From: a virus
Lineage: Duplodnaviria; Caudoviricetes
Length of the DNA: 36,726 nucleotides
Direction: 5' to 3' (one strand)
IMG/VR virus record: IMGVR_UViG_3300025018_000306
Span: 1-36,726 of that record
Position numbers and translations under genes: made by a program. Under the pieces are notes generated by a model, which was not told the origin of the DNA, searched no databases, and was given only the letters and a program-made list of their open reading frames with translations. Each line of letters begins with the position of its first letter. Positions within the stretch are counted from its first letter, which is position 1. Below, piece after piece: positions 1 through 7,467 of the stretch.

Positions 1-139
1 TTCAAGCCGTCGTGTATGAATCCGGGTTCAATTCCACGCCGATACCGCGACGGCCCATCTTGATTGCCATGTATGGCACAGTGAAAAGCCCTGCGAACGG
101 GTCCATAACCAGGTCGCCTTTGTTGGAGTATCTTTCAAT
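1..139. repeat. Terminal direct repeat, left copy (assembly overlap of a circular/permuted genome)
   Basis: 1-139 matches 36587-36726 except that the left copy lacks one A (gtcgtgtatg vs gtcgtagtatg). Confidence 0.95.
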
Positions 140-2431
140 TATCCGCTCCACAATGTCGAATTGCAGCGGGCAGATATGCATTGCCAGTTCCTTCCGGGCT
201 TGCTCTCCGTTCAGGGTCCGCATACGGTTAACGTCATCCCATACCCATTCGCTTGTTGTGCCCGGAGCCACTACCATGAAAGACGCTGGAAGCTTCCCGT
301 CATCCTCGAGATCCTCGGCAAGCTGGACATGATCGTGATAGTTGTATTCCTCTGACCGGGAAAAGTCGCGGTATGCGGCCTGAAGGTCAGACACTTGAAG
401 TTTGCGCAACTCTTCCAGCATTAATAGCCGGTCCCCGGATGATTTCCAGAAAGCGTGCGCATCGATCTGCCAGCGGGCGCGGGTGTAATCATCCTTGCTT
501 TTGACTACCGGGTCGTCAGCATAAGCCCTGCTGGTATCGCTCGGCAGCTTGCGGAAAAGCAGCACGTATTCCGGACAGCCTACGCCCATCTTGGTTCCGT
601 CCTTGCACTGTTCAGTCCAGCCTAATCGGTACGTCTGGTTATTTTCCCTTACCACGTCGGTAACTACAGTAATCCTGCCCATGTACTGAAAACCATGCTT
701 GATAAAGTGAAACACGGTCATATCAGAAAACGGGTCAACAGTAGGCATACCGGTCCCGGTTGCGTTGCCGAACAGGATCCTGTCCTTGACATGGATAGCG
801 GCGACACGGCCTGGTTTCAATACGCGCAAGAGTTGCGGAGTCAGATAGTCCATCTGATCAAAGAATCTGACATTATCCTCATTGTGCCCGAAGTCGTTAT
901 ACGTCGGCGTGTACTCGTAATGATTGGAAAATGGAATTGAAGTATGGATCAGGTCGATACTGTTTTCTTCCCATTTCGGGATCTCAAGGCAGTTGTCATT
1001 CAGGATAGCCTTGTACAATCCGCCGTCTTTTTCATCCCGGTTGAAAGATATTGTCCTTGACAGCTTTTCAAGCACCGATGTAGACGCAAGGCCATTCTCC
1101 TGGATGATCTGCGTCATCTTCCCGACAAGGTACTTGTGCTGGTCCCATTTCTTCTGCAAGGTGTCAAGTATGGCCTGTTCACTTTCGGCGTAGATGATAT
1201 GCACCTCTACCGGATATTTCTGCATGAAACGGTAGATGCGGTGGATTGCCTGAATGAAGTCGTTGAACTTGTAGCCGATTCCCAAAAATATGCACTTATG
1301 GCAATGGTATTGCATGTTCCCGCCCTGGGCGCTCATGTCTGGCTTTGTGGCAAGAAACTGGATTTTCCCCTCTTTAAACGCTCTGGTGATATCTGCGTTC
1401 TTTTCATAATCCTGGGAGCCGTAAACTTCGGCGGCTGCGGGTATGGCTTTCTTGATTGCGTGGCGCTCGGCTTCCAGGTCGTGCCACAGTATGTAATGGT
1501 CATCTGGTGCGGTTGAGATTATTTCAAGCATCTTTTCAACACGTGCGTCTATGCTGTCCCGCTTTTCTTTCGCTGCATCCCGGAGTCCAAACGCCGCATC
1601 CCTGAACAACTTGACCTGTCCGTCATCTTCCTTGCCTGCGGTTGAATGATCTACGGCCACCTGATGATAAAATACGTTTAGCGGAGGCTGGGTATATCCA
1701 TCGTCATCGTAGCCAAGATCAGATGGCTTGGTTATGAAAAGCGCCCATGTCGATATCCAGAACCAGAACTCATGCTCTTTATGCGGGTATAAAGTTAGAT
1801 TGTTGGCCTGCGTAGAATCCCGATGAAAGAACCGGGTAAGAGCCTGGCCAGTGTCCATGATGCCAAGAAACCCGGCGTAGTGGATCAGCTCCTTATACTT
1901 GTTCGGCGATGGGGTAGCCGTGGCTACAAAGCGGTATCGGACATCCTGAAACTTAAGCAGGAACTCTTGATAGGTCTTTGAGCCGTAAGACCTAAGTACC
2001 GACGCTTCATCCAGGCTTGTGGCGGTAAAATATCCGGGGTCGATATCACCATCTCGGACCCGCTCATAATTGGTTATCAATATTCTGCAATCGGCGGCTT
2101 CCGCTTCGGCTTGCGTCTTTATGTACTGGATCGGCAGGCCATTCAACAATCGGTCAGCGTCGCTTTTGAACTCATCCACCACATTGAGCGGCGCAACGAT
2201 CAATGCCTTTCCTTCCGATACGGACATGAGCAGGCGCATAATCTCAAGCTGGGTCACGGTCTTTCCGAGTCCAAAGCTAGAGAATATGGCACGCTGTCCA
2301 CCTTTTGCGGCCCATAGAACCGTATCCCGTTCATGCGGTTTCAAGATCGGGTTGACATCCTCCGCCCTGAATTCTACGCCCGTATCCGGCGCGATCTTGA
2401 TCTTGCTTTTCAGAAACTCCAAGTATTCCAT
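2..2431 (-). CDS. SF2/SNF2-like helicase fused to an N4/N6 DNA methyltransferase; true C-terminus lies across the circular junction (stop at 36532)
   Basis: Walker A GLGKT, DEAS, TATP, helicase-C motif QAIHRIYR; MTase motif IV-like TSIPF and motif I DPFAG in beta-class order. Confidence 0.9.
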   Translation of the reverse strand: MEYLEFLKSKIKIAPDTGVEFRAEDVNPILKPHERDTVLWAAKGGQRAIFSSFGLGKTVTQLEIMRLLMSVSEGKALIVAPLNVVDEFKSDADRLLNGLPIQYIKTQAEAEAADCRILITNYERVRDGDIDPGYFTATSLDEASVLRSYGSKTYQEFLLKFQDVRYRFVATATPSPNKYKELIHYAGFLGIMDTGQALTRFFHRDSTQANNLTLYPHKEHEFWFWISTWALFITKPSDLGYDDDGYTQPPLNVFYHQVAVDHSTAGKEDDGQVKLFRDAAFGLRDAAKEKRDSIDARVEKMLEIISTAPDDHYILWHDLEAERHAIKKAIPAAAEVYGSQDYEKNADITRAFKEGKIQFLATKPDMSAQGGNMQYHCHKCIFLGIGYKFNDFIQAIHRIYRFMQKYPVEVHIIYAESEQAILDTLQKKWDQHKYLVGKMTQIIQENGLASTSVLEKLSRTISFNRDEKDGGLYKAILNDNCLEIPKWEENSIDLIHTSIPFSNHYEYTPTYNDFGHNEDNVRFFDQMDYLTPQLLRVLKPGRVAAIHVKDRILFGNATGTGMPTVDPFSDMTVFHFIKHGFQYMGRITVVTDVVRENNQTYRLGWTEQCKDGTKMGVGCPEYVLLFRKLPSDTSRAYADDPVVKSKDDYTRARWQIDAHAFWKSSGDRLLMLEELRKLQVSDLQAAYRDFSRSEEYNYHDHVQLAEDLEDDGKLPASFMVVAPGTTSEWVWDDVNRMRTLNGEQARKELAMHICPLQFDIVERIIERYSNKGDLVMDPFAGLFTVPYMAIKMGRRGIGVELNPDSYTTA

Positions 2432-2446
2432 ATTGCCCTTTCAAAT

Positions 2447-2484
2447 AAAAAAGCCCCTTAGCCGGTGAGAGTCGGCAAAGGGGC
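2447..2484 (-). terminator. Intrinsic terminator/attenuator upstream of the helicase-MTase gene
   Basis: Minus strand GCCCCTT-T-GCCG-ACTCTCAC-CGGC-T-AAGGGGC followed by a T run. Confidence 0.7.
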
Positions 2485-2546
2485 CAAGCGTTCGCGAATC
2501 GCTCCCGGAGTCTCTCACCCCTCCGGCAACGATCTATTGATTAGTA

Positions 2547-2575
2547 ACGGTATCACGGGTCTGTAAAGCTGTCAA
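2547..2575 (-). promoter_or_regulatory. Sigma70-type promoter
   Basis: TTGACA-17bp-TACCGT with TG extended -10. Confidence 0.55.
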
Positions 2576-2861
2576 GCATATTCCGTCTTTCGGCCTCTTC
2601 AATGACCCACCCGGCCCATGGTGCAGGATATCCAAGGCTTGCGCTGATCTGTTCAAGGGTCATGCCTGATGCACGTAGGCCCAGGACTAAACCAACCTGC
2701 TTGACCTTGATTGCAAAACCTTCAGGCTCGGCTGGCTTTTTCTTCTTGTGGTGCCGGTTCTCCTGGTTTTCGACAACAGGCGGGCGGGGTGCTGTCAAGC
2801 GTAGGTGTATCGGGCAGTTGTGGTCCGGGTGCTTGCGCCATGGGGCGATTATTGGACTCAT
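2553..2861 (-). CDS. Hypothetical protein with C-terminal HTH-like segment
   Basis: LRASGMTLEQISASLG resembles an HTH; start overlaps the upstream stop. Confidence 0.55.
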   Translation of the reverse strand: MSPIIAPWRKHPDHNCPIHLRLTAPRPPVVENQENRHHKKKKPAEPEGFAIKVKQVGLVLGLRASGMTLEQISASLGYPAPWAGWVIEEAERRNMLDSFTDP

Positions 2862-3025
2862 TCAATTCCGACCGTTTCGAACAGTTTCGACCATCGGTGA
2901 ATCACTTCCTCAAGGTTCAGAGCCATGTTGCGGTATACTTGGAGTTCGCAGGCTATTGATTTTTGATCGTCTGTGGACAATTCCCCGGCCATACCTTTGG
3001 TTATCAGTTCGTCGGTTTTACTCAT
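2858..3025 (-). CDS. Hypothetical protein (55 aa, MSKTDEL...)
   Basis: Internal ATG of the 2858..3097 ORF overlaps the end of the upstream gene. Confidence 0.5.
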   Translation of the reverse strand: MSKTDELITKGMAGELSTDDQKSIACELQVYRNMALNLEEVIHRWSKLFETVGIE

Positions 3026-3239
3026 TGCCGAATCTCTGGCAGCCGCCACCAGTGCGGTACTTCTCCTGATCCTCTTCCGATAGGCTCCAAAAATCATTCA
3101 CAATATCTACCACATAACCGGGGACCCGCTGATAAGGATTGCCGCTTTTATTCGACGGCCAGGGTCCGCCGCCTCCGAGTAGTTCTATGACTATTTCCCT
3201 ATACTCATAAATCCTCGGGCCGCAGATGAAGCCGGTCAT
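3018..3239 (-). CDS. Hypothetical protein
   Basis: GGAGG RBS before the ATG; tight packing. Confidence 0.65.
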   Translation of the reverse strand: MTGFICGPRIYEYREIVIELLGGGGPWPSNKSGNPYQRVPGYVVDIVNDFWSLSEEDQEKYRTGGGCQRFGNE

Positions 3240-3412
3240 TTTAGTTCCTCCGCTCTATAAACAACCCGCCCGTGGCCGTCGATCTCGCGCCACGTGTCCC
3301 CGATCTTCACGTGTCCATCAACGCCGTCAATCCTGCGGCGGCAAGCGGCGATGAAAAGCCCTGTTGCCAAGCCTAGAATAAGTGCGGAAAATACTGCGAT
3401 TGCTTCGATCAT
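3236..3412 (-). CDS. Small membrane protein (58 aa, MIEAIAVFSALILGLATGLFIAAC...), not in the ORF track
   Basis: Translated by hand; ATGA overlaps at both ends; N-terminal hydrophobic helix. Confidence 0.65.
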   Translation of the reverse strand: MIEAIAVFSALILGLATGLFIAACRRRIDGVDGHVKIGDTWREIDGHGRVVYRAEELK

Positions 3413-3930
3413 CTAAAAACCTCCTTGATATATCTCTCTGTTGTCTGCGGCCACGGTCTAGACTTAGCCCGCTCTGGCCCGCAGTTGTACGCGGCAACGG
3501 CATATTGCCAATCGCCAAAAAGCTCATAATTGGAGGCAAGATACCGGGCGGCTATCCGGATGGATACCAGCGGATTGAACGGGTCTACTCGCTGGCCGTC
3601 ATTGAATCGCTCGGCAAAGTAGGCTAGATACCGGCTGTTCAGTTGCGCTATCCCCTGGTCCATCGTGCCATTGGTGTTATGGTTGATGGCCCATTCTTTG
3701 TAGCCGGATTCATGCTGGATCACCCCGGCCAATATCCATTCTGGCACCCTGGCGGCTTTGGCCTCCATTTCGATTACGCCATGGTATGGAAAAGGCGCGT
3801 CCCATATTGGGGACAGGTCATACCCTGATCCTGATTCAATAACCGGTATTGTAATATGGTATCCTGTTGCCGCACCCTTAATCGGGTATGGGATTGACAA
3901 GATGGCAATACAGACAATCAAAGGTTTCAT
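3409..3930 (-). CDS. Lytic transglycosylase (SLT domain) with N-terminal signal-like segment
   Basis: Motifs VIQHESG, DQGIAQLN, AVAAYNCG; start at MKPLIVCIAIL overlaps the upstream stop (ATGA). Confidence 0.9.
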   Translation of the reverse strand: MKPLIVCIAILSIPYPIKGAATGYHITIPVIESGSGYDLSPIWDAPFPYHGVIEMEAKAARVPEWILAGVIQHESGYKEWAINHNTNGTMDQGIAQLNSRYLAYFAERFNDGQRVDPFNPLVSIRIAARYLASNYELFGDWQYAVAAYNCGPERAKSRPWPQTTERYIKEVFR

Positions 3931-4133
3931 GCTTCGACCTTTGGCCGGTACGTGCTGCAATGGGCCGCATCCCTTGCCGGGGGTTTTAGAAAATGCGACG
4001 GGGTAAGCGGGCCGGGGAAAAACCTTGAGCAGCCTGTACAGAGTTTGTGGCCGCTGACACCCTGGCAAAGCGAGTCATGATCATAGCGCCTGATATCGGC
4101 ATGATAGGTGCCGGGTTTCCATACTGTTTGCAT
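3927..4133 (-). CDS. Hypothetical Cys-rich protein
   Basis: AGGAGG RBS; several Cys/His. Confidence 0.6.
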   Translation of the reverse strand: MQTVWKPGTYHADIRRYDHDSLCQGVSGHKLCTGCSRFFPGPLTPSHFLKPPARDAAHCSTYRPKVEA

Positions 4134-4142
4134 TCCATCCTC

Positions 4143-4370
4143 CTATGGCAGTTTTACCATCCCAGTCTTTATGGCTTCCGTAATCACTGGAGCCATAAGC
4201 TTGGCATCTGAATAAAGCCGTTCAAACTGTATCCGCTTGTCCCGGCCTTCCCGCCTGGTTATCCATTCTTCAAACGCGATATGCGCTATCTCGTGCCTGA
4301 TTTTGGGGTTCGATATGTACCGGCTGGCCCGATCCCATTCAGCCGCGTTTATGTCGTATTGAATCCTCAT
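4143..4370 (-). CDS. Small putative DNA-binding protein (ribbon-helix-helix-like)
   Basis: AGGAGG RBS; alternating N-terminal strand RIQYDIN followed by two helices. Confidence 0.55.
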   Translation of the reverse strand: MRIQYDINAAEWDRASRYISNPKIRHEIAHIAFEEWITRREGRDKRIQFERLYSDAKLMAPVITEAIKTGMVKLP

Positions 4371-4384
4371 TCTGGTTGCCTCCT

Positions 4385-4440
4385 ATGGCGCTAAATACTA
4401 CAGTCCTGTAATAGTATAGCGCCATTTGGATAATATGCAA
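4385..4440 (-). promoter_or_regulatory. Promoter with an overlapping inverted repeat (operator candidate)
   Basis: TTGCAT-16bp-TATACT; inverted repeat ATGGCGCTA...TAGCGCCAT at 4385-4425 covers the -10 and reaches the RBS. Confidence 0.6.
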
Positions 4441-4476
4441 TGGTTATTATTCGGGCTTGCTGTAGGCAATTTCGGC

Positions 4477-4833
4477 TCATGCCTGCACTTCGACGAAGTT
4501 GATGTCGGGAAAGCGCCATAGCAAGAGCTTTTTCTTGATCCGGTAGACTTCGGTCAGTGCGCCTTTTACATCCTCGACAATGATTTTGCCTTGCCTGTCT
4601 TTGTAGCGGAAGTCGCCGCGATACGACACGCCTTGGTGTTTTTTGCCCATCTTGTCAATAAAGGCGGGTACAAGCAGGAATGTCGGCTGTCGTTCAAGAT
4701 CGGTGATTTCCCTGGCTAGTTCCATCATCTTAAGCGCGCCCCATCTTGACGCCTCGGCTTTGCTGTCAAACTTGATCCCGTCAACCGTCCGGGCTTCGGG
4801 AGCGGATACGCCATACTTGTTGCGCTTCATCAC
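4477..4833 (-). CDS. DUF1064-family PD-(D/E)XK endonuclease-like protein
   Basis: NKYG...TVDGIKFDSKAEA...LERQPTF...YRGDF...VEDVKG...YRIKKKL. Confidence 0.88.
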   Translation of the reverse strand: MMKRNKYGVSAPEARTVDGIKFDSKAEASRWGALKMMELAREITDLERQPTFLLVPAFIDKMGKKHQGVSYRGDFRYKDRQGKIIVEDVKGALTEVYRIKKKLLLWRFPDINFVEVQA

Positions 4834-5081
4834 ATGGCCTCAATCTTTCGGCTTCGGGTTGTGTAATTCCAATCGTCCATCGCTTCGGATATTGTCGGCT
4901 TGTTAAGGCCCTGAAAGCCACAGGTGCATGCCACCCGGACAAGATTATAGGCCACCGATACAACCATGGGCATACGGCCGCAAAGGCATGATGCAGGCAT
5001 TTCCTGTTGGCCTGTTGCGGTGCTGATTTGATCCTGTATTCGTTGTTTTGCTTGCTCTGATCCCGGATATTCTTTCGTCAT
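4830..5081 (-). CDS. Lar-like (restriction alleviation) zinc-binding protein
   Basis: CLCG...VACTCG...EAMDDWN pattern. Confidence 0.55.
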   Translation of the reverse strand: MTKEYPGSEQAKQRIQDQISTATGQQEMPASCLCGRMPMVVSVAYNLVRVACTCGFQGLNKPTISEAMDDWNYTTRSRKIEAM

Positions 5082-5101
5082 AAATCCCCCTTAGACCTTC
5101 T

Positions 5102-5130
5102 ATCATAAGCCGGGTATTGCTATCTGTCAA
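5102..5130 (-). promoter_or_regulatory. Sigma70-type promoter
   Basis: TTGACA-17bp-TATGAT with AT-rich upstream DNA. Confidence 0.75.
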
Positions 5131-5246
5131 ATATATTTTATATATTTTTATGGATAATAGCGGTTGTGTTAAGTGGTTTTGAGCAATTCTACTATACAAG
5201 AATTATCGTTTTTTGCGATTATTTTCTATATTTGCAGATATTCCCC

Positions 5247-5275
5247 TTGCATATCCTAACGTTTGGATATATACT
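5247..5275 (+). promoter_or_regulatory. Promoter with a palindromic operator filling the spacer
   Basis: TTGCAT-17bp-TATACT; ATATCCTAACGTTTGGATAT (5251-5270) is a near-perfect palindrome. Confidence 0.7.
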
Positions 5276-5307
5276 CATATTATCAAGAGTTGATAAGGAG
5301 ATACCAA

Positions 5308-5583
5308 ATGGTACAGATCGTTAAGCAGCACAAGGTAACCGGCGAGATTGCAAAAGTTGACGGGTCAAAGTGGACCGACCGCTCAATCGGCAAGATCAAT
5401 GATGCGACTTTTGCCAAGATCAAAGCAGCGACCGAAAAAGCTACTGACTGGCTGATTATCGGACAGGAAGGCTCAACCTTGATGACCAGGGACGAGGCGA
5501 TTGCCGCCATGACCGACAAAGACCGCGAGTTGAAGGCATACTGTGACCGCAATGACAGCGTTAAAAAGGCTATGTCTTACTAA
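5308..5583 (+). CDS. Hypothetical protein (91 aa), first gene of the plus-strand moron
   Basis: TAAGGAG RBS before the ATG at 5308. Confidence 0.8.
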   Translation: MVQIVKQHKVTGEIAKVDGSKWTDRSIGKINDATFAKIKAATEKATDWLIIGQEGSTLMTRDEAIAAMTDKDRELKAYCDRNDSVKKAMSY

Positions 5584-5594
5584 GGGAGGATGCA

Positions 5595-5930
5595 ATGGAC
5601 TTGACAAAAGATGTTTTGATTTTTAGCGGCGAGGGAACTGAAGGCACATGGGAGCGCTACTTTGGGGCGCGGACTGAAAAAGCGTTACGCTCGAAGCTGT
5701 CCCGCGAGAGGTGCCATGGTGACAGATGGGCGCAGGCGTGGGTACTTGCCGACAGATACAGCGACGGTACCGGATGGCCTGTGTATCAAAGGTTTGATGG
5801 CGACGGGATGCGGTCAGTAAACCCGGAAATGGTCAAAGAAAAGCCAGCGGCTATGCTCCGGGCTGGCAAGGTAAATCACGCCAGCGCTGAAAACGGCAAG
5901 CTCGGCGGCAGGCCGCGCAAAGCAAAATAG
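5595..5930 (+). CDS. Hypothetical protein with C-terminal ENGKLGGRPRK (AT-hook-like) motif
   Basis: GGGAGG RBS; terminal GGRPRK motif. Confidence 0.8.
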   Translation: MDLTKDVLIFSGEGTEGTWERYFGARTEKALRSKLSRERCHGDRWAQAWVLADRYSDGTGWPVYQRFDGDGMRSVNPEMVKEKPAAMLRAGKVNHASAENGKLGGRPRKAK

Positions 5931-6005
5931 CCCCCTGGGAGCCTTGACCTCCCGGCCTCTCCTGGAACGGTGTGCAAGTGGCATTACCAGCGGCGGGGGC
6001 ATAGA

Positions 6006-6356
6006 TTATCTAAGGATCAAGGCCCCCGCTACCAGCCCCGCCAGCACCAGATTCAAGGTCACGGAGAGCCTCAAGAATCGCGCGGATCTTTGCAACGCTT
6101 GATTTGCTTGACTCAAGTTCTGACTTTGCGCTGCTGATAAATCCTGCGCTTCGGTCAAGCTCCGCTCTAAATTGGCTGACCATAGTTTCTGCATCAGCAA
6201 GCTGGATTCCAAGTTCTCGATTAGTTCGGATTGCCTGTTCAAGCTGGCCTCCAAGTTGTCCAATTCTAAGAGCGCCTGCTCGATAGACGATGGCTCCGCA
6301 GATACCGGCACCGATAGCAAGGCCAAGCACAAAACAAAGCAAATAGCTTTTAACAT
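6006..6356 (-). CDS. Signal peptide + coiled coil + C-terminal TM helix protein (spanin-position, overprinted)
   Basis: MLKAICFVLCLALLSVPVSA/E signal, heptad Leu pattern, hydrophobic C-terminus; GGGGG RBS 7 nt before the ATG. Confidence 0.65.
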   Translation of the reverse strand: MLKAICFVLCLALLSVPVSAEPSSIEQALLELDNLEASLNRQSELIENLESSLLMQKLWSANLERSLTEAQDLSAAQSQNLSQANQALQRSARFLRLSVTLNLVLAGLVAGALILR

Positions 6357-6363
6357 GCATCAT
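6010..6363 (-). CDS. i-spanin (Rz)-like protein: N-terminal TM helix + coiled coil
   Basis: Hydrophobic residues 7-26 then a long coiled coil; ATG overlaps the holin stop (ATGA). Confidence 0.65.
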   Translation of the reverse strand: MMHVKSYLLCFVLGLAIGAGICGAIVYRAGALRIGQLGGQLEQAIRTNRELGIQLADAETMVSQFRAELDRSAGFISSAKSELESSKSSVAKIRAILEALRDLESGAGGAGSGGLDP

Positions 6364-6551
6364 CCCCCCTTGGGCTTCGTGAACGAATCAGCCGCCACGT
6401 ACCCGCCCACCACGCCGATCAGCAATGGCAGGGCTGTACCCATTCCGCCTGGTATGTCTCCGCTGTACACGCCGTAAAGCAGGATGACGCTCGACATAAG
6501 CATAGCCCAGAGCGCTACCCACCATCGGCGCGATTGCCACTTGTTATACAT
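6360..6551 (-). CDS. Putative holin (2 TM)
   Basis: KWQSRRWW followed by two hydrophobic helices; directly after the endolysin candidate. Confidence 0.7.
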   Translation of the reverse strand: MYNKWQSRRWWVALWAMLMSSVILLYGVYSGDIPGGMGTALPLLIGVVGGYVAADSFTKPKGG

Positions 6552-6951
6552 GGCGGACGAATACCCTGGATGAAACGGATTGGCCCAGCCTGACAGTCAC
6601 GCTGTCCCCGAGAGGGTCATAGGCGATACTTCCTTCATGGTCCATCAGGACAAAATGAGTGAAGGTCTTGGCTGTGGTCTTTCGCTCATACCGCATGACA
6701 AGCACCTCCCCAGGCCTGGCCTGGTACGTACGCGAATCGTGCCTTCCTCCCCACTTATCCCCGGTCATCAGCTCCATGATCCTGGCAGGGTTCACCAAGT
6801 AGCAATCCTCGTGCATCAGCCCAAGATTGACAGCGGCTTCGTATACTTCCACTGCATCTATGCGCTTGCCGGTCACCCCCTCGGCAGCATGGACAAGGCA
6901 AAGAAAGTAGCACCCCTCAGACCCGATCCGCTCCATGATCTTCTGTCTCAT
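6544..6951 (-). CDS. DUF261-like / peptidase C39-like protein, endolysin candidate
   Basis: GCYFLCL...THFVL...YDPLG gives a Cys-His-Asp arrangement; lies between membrane genes in the lysis cassette. Confidence 0.6.
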   Translation of the reverse strand: MRQKIMERIGSEGCYFLCLVHAAEGVTGKRIDAVEVYEAAVNLGLMHEDCYLVNPARIMELMTGDKWGGRHDSRTYQARPGEVLVMRYERKTTAKTFTHFVLMDHEGSIAYDPLGDSVTVRLGQSVSSRVFVRHV

Positions 6952-7271
6952 TTGCCCGACCTTTCCAATCGCTTCACAAGGTAATCATCGAACTCTTTTG
7001 TCGATTCAAGGATTGCCTCGTGAGCCCGATCAACATTCCCATTGCACTCGCCCTTAAGCGCCTCAAGGGTTGCCTTGTGCGCTGCAAGCTGCGGGCGCTG
7101 GATCTTGGCAATAACATAAATCGCTTCGGTTTGCTCGATATCAGCTTTCACCAGCCCGTCTATTTTTTTTGACAGCCCGATGATGTGCCTGACAAGAGAT
7201 ACCAGGGCCAGCAAGGCCCCGGAACCAATCGCGCCAATGAATGCTTCCCATGCTGTAATGACTGATTCCAT
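6948..7271 (-). CDS. Single-TM membrane protein (holin/antiholin-like)
   Basis: N-terminal TM helix followed by a helical soluble part; first gene of the lysis cassette. Confidence 0.65.
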   Translation of the reverse strand: MESVITAWEAFIGAIGSGALLALVSLVRHIIGLSKKIDGLVKADIEQTEAIYVIAKIQRPQLAAHKATLEALKGECNGNVDRAHEAILESTKEFDDYLVKRLERSGK

Positions 7272-7286
7272 GCGGGCCTTCCCTTC

Positions 7287-7457
7287 TTAGCTCGGCATCG
7301 GCACTTCGGTCTTTTTGACCGCTGTGAATGAAACGGTTTCAACAATCAGGATCTTTTCGTTGTTTACCGTGGGCGGGCTTACCACTTCGGATACCTGCCA
7401 GCTGTACCCTGCCTTGTCGATTGCGGCGGTGATGATCGCCTTGTCTGCGTTGGTCAT
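7287..7457 (-). CDS. Hypothetical protein (56 aa, MTNADKAIITAAIDK...), not in the ORF track
   Basis: AGGAGG RBS; fills the gap after the tail tip gene. Confidence 0.7.
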   Translation of the reverse strand: MTNADKAIITAAIDKAGYSWQVSEVVSPPTVNNEKILIVETVSFTAVKKTEVPMPS

Positions 7458-7467
7458 TTGGGCCTCC

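Noticed and set aside
1-139. Terminal repeat as a physical DTR of the virion DNA
   Set aside because: It falls mid-gene and has a length typical of assembler overlap, so circular assembly explains it better.
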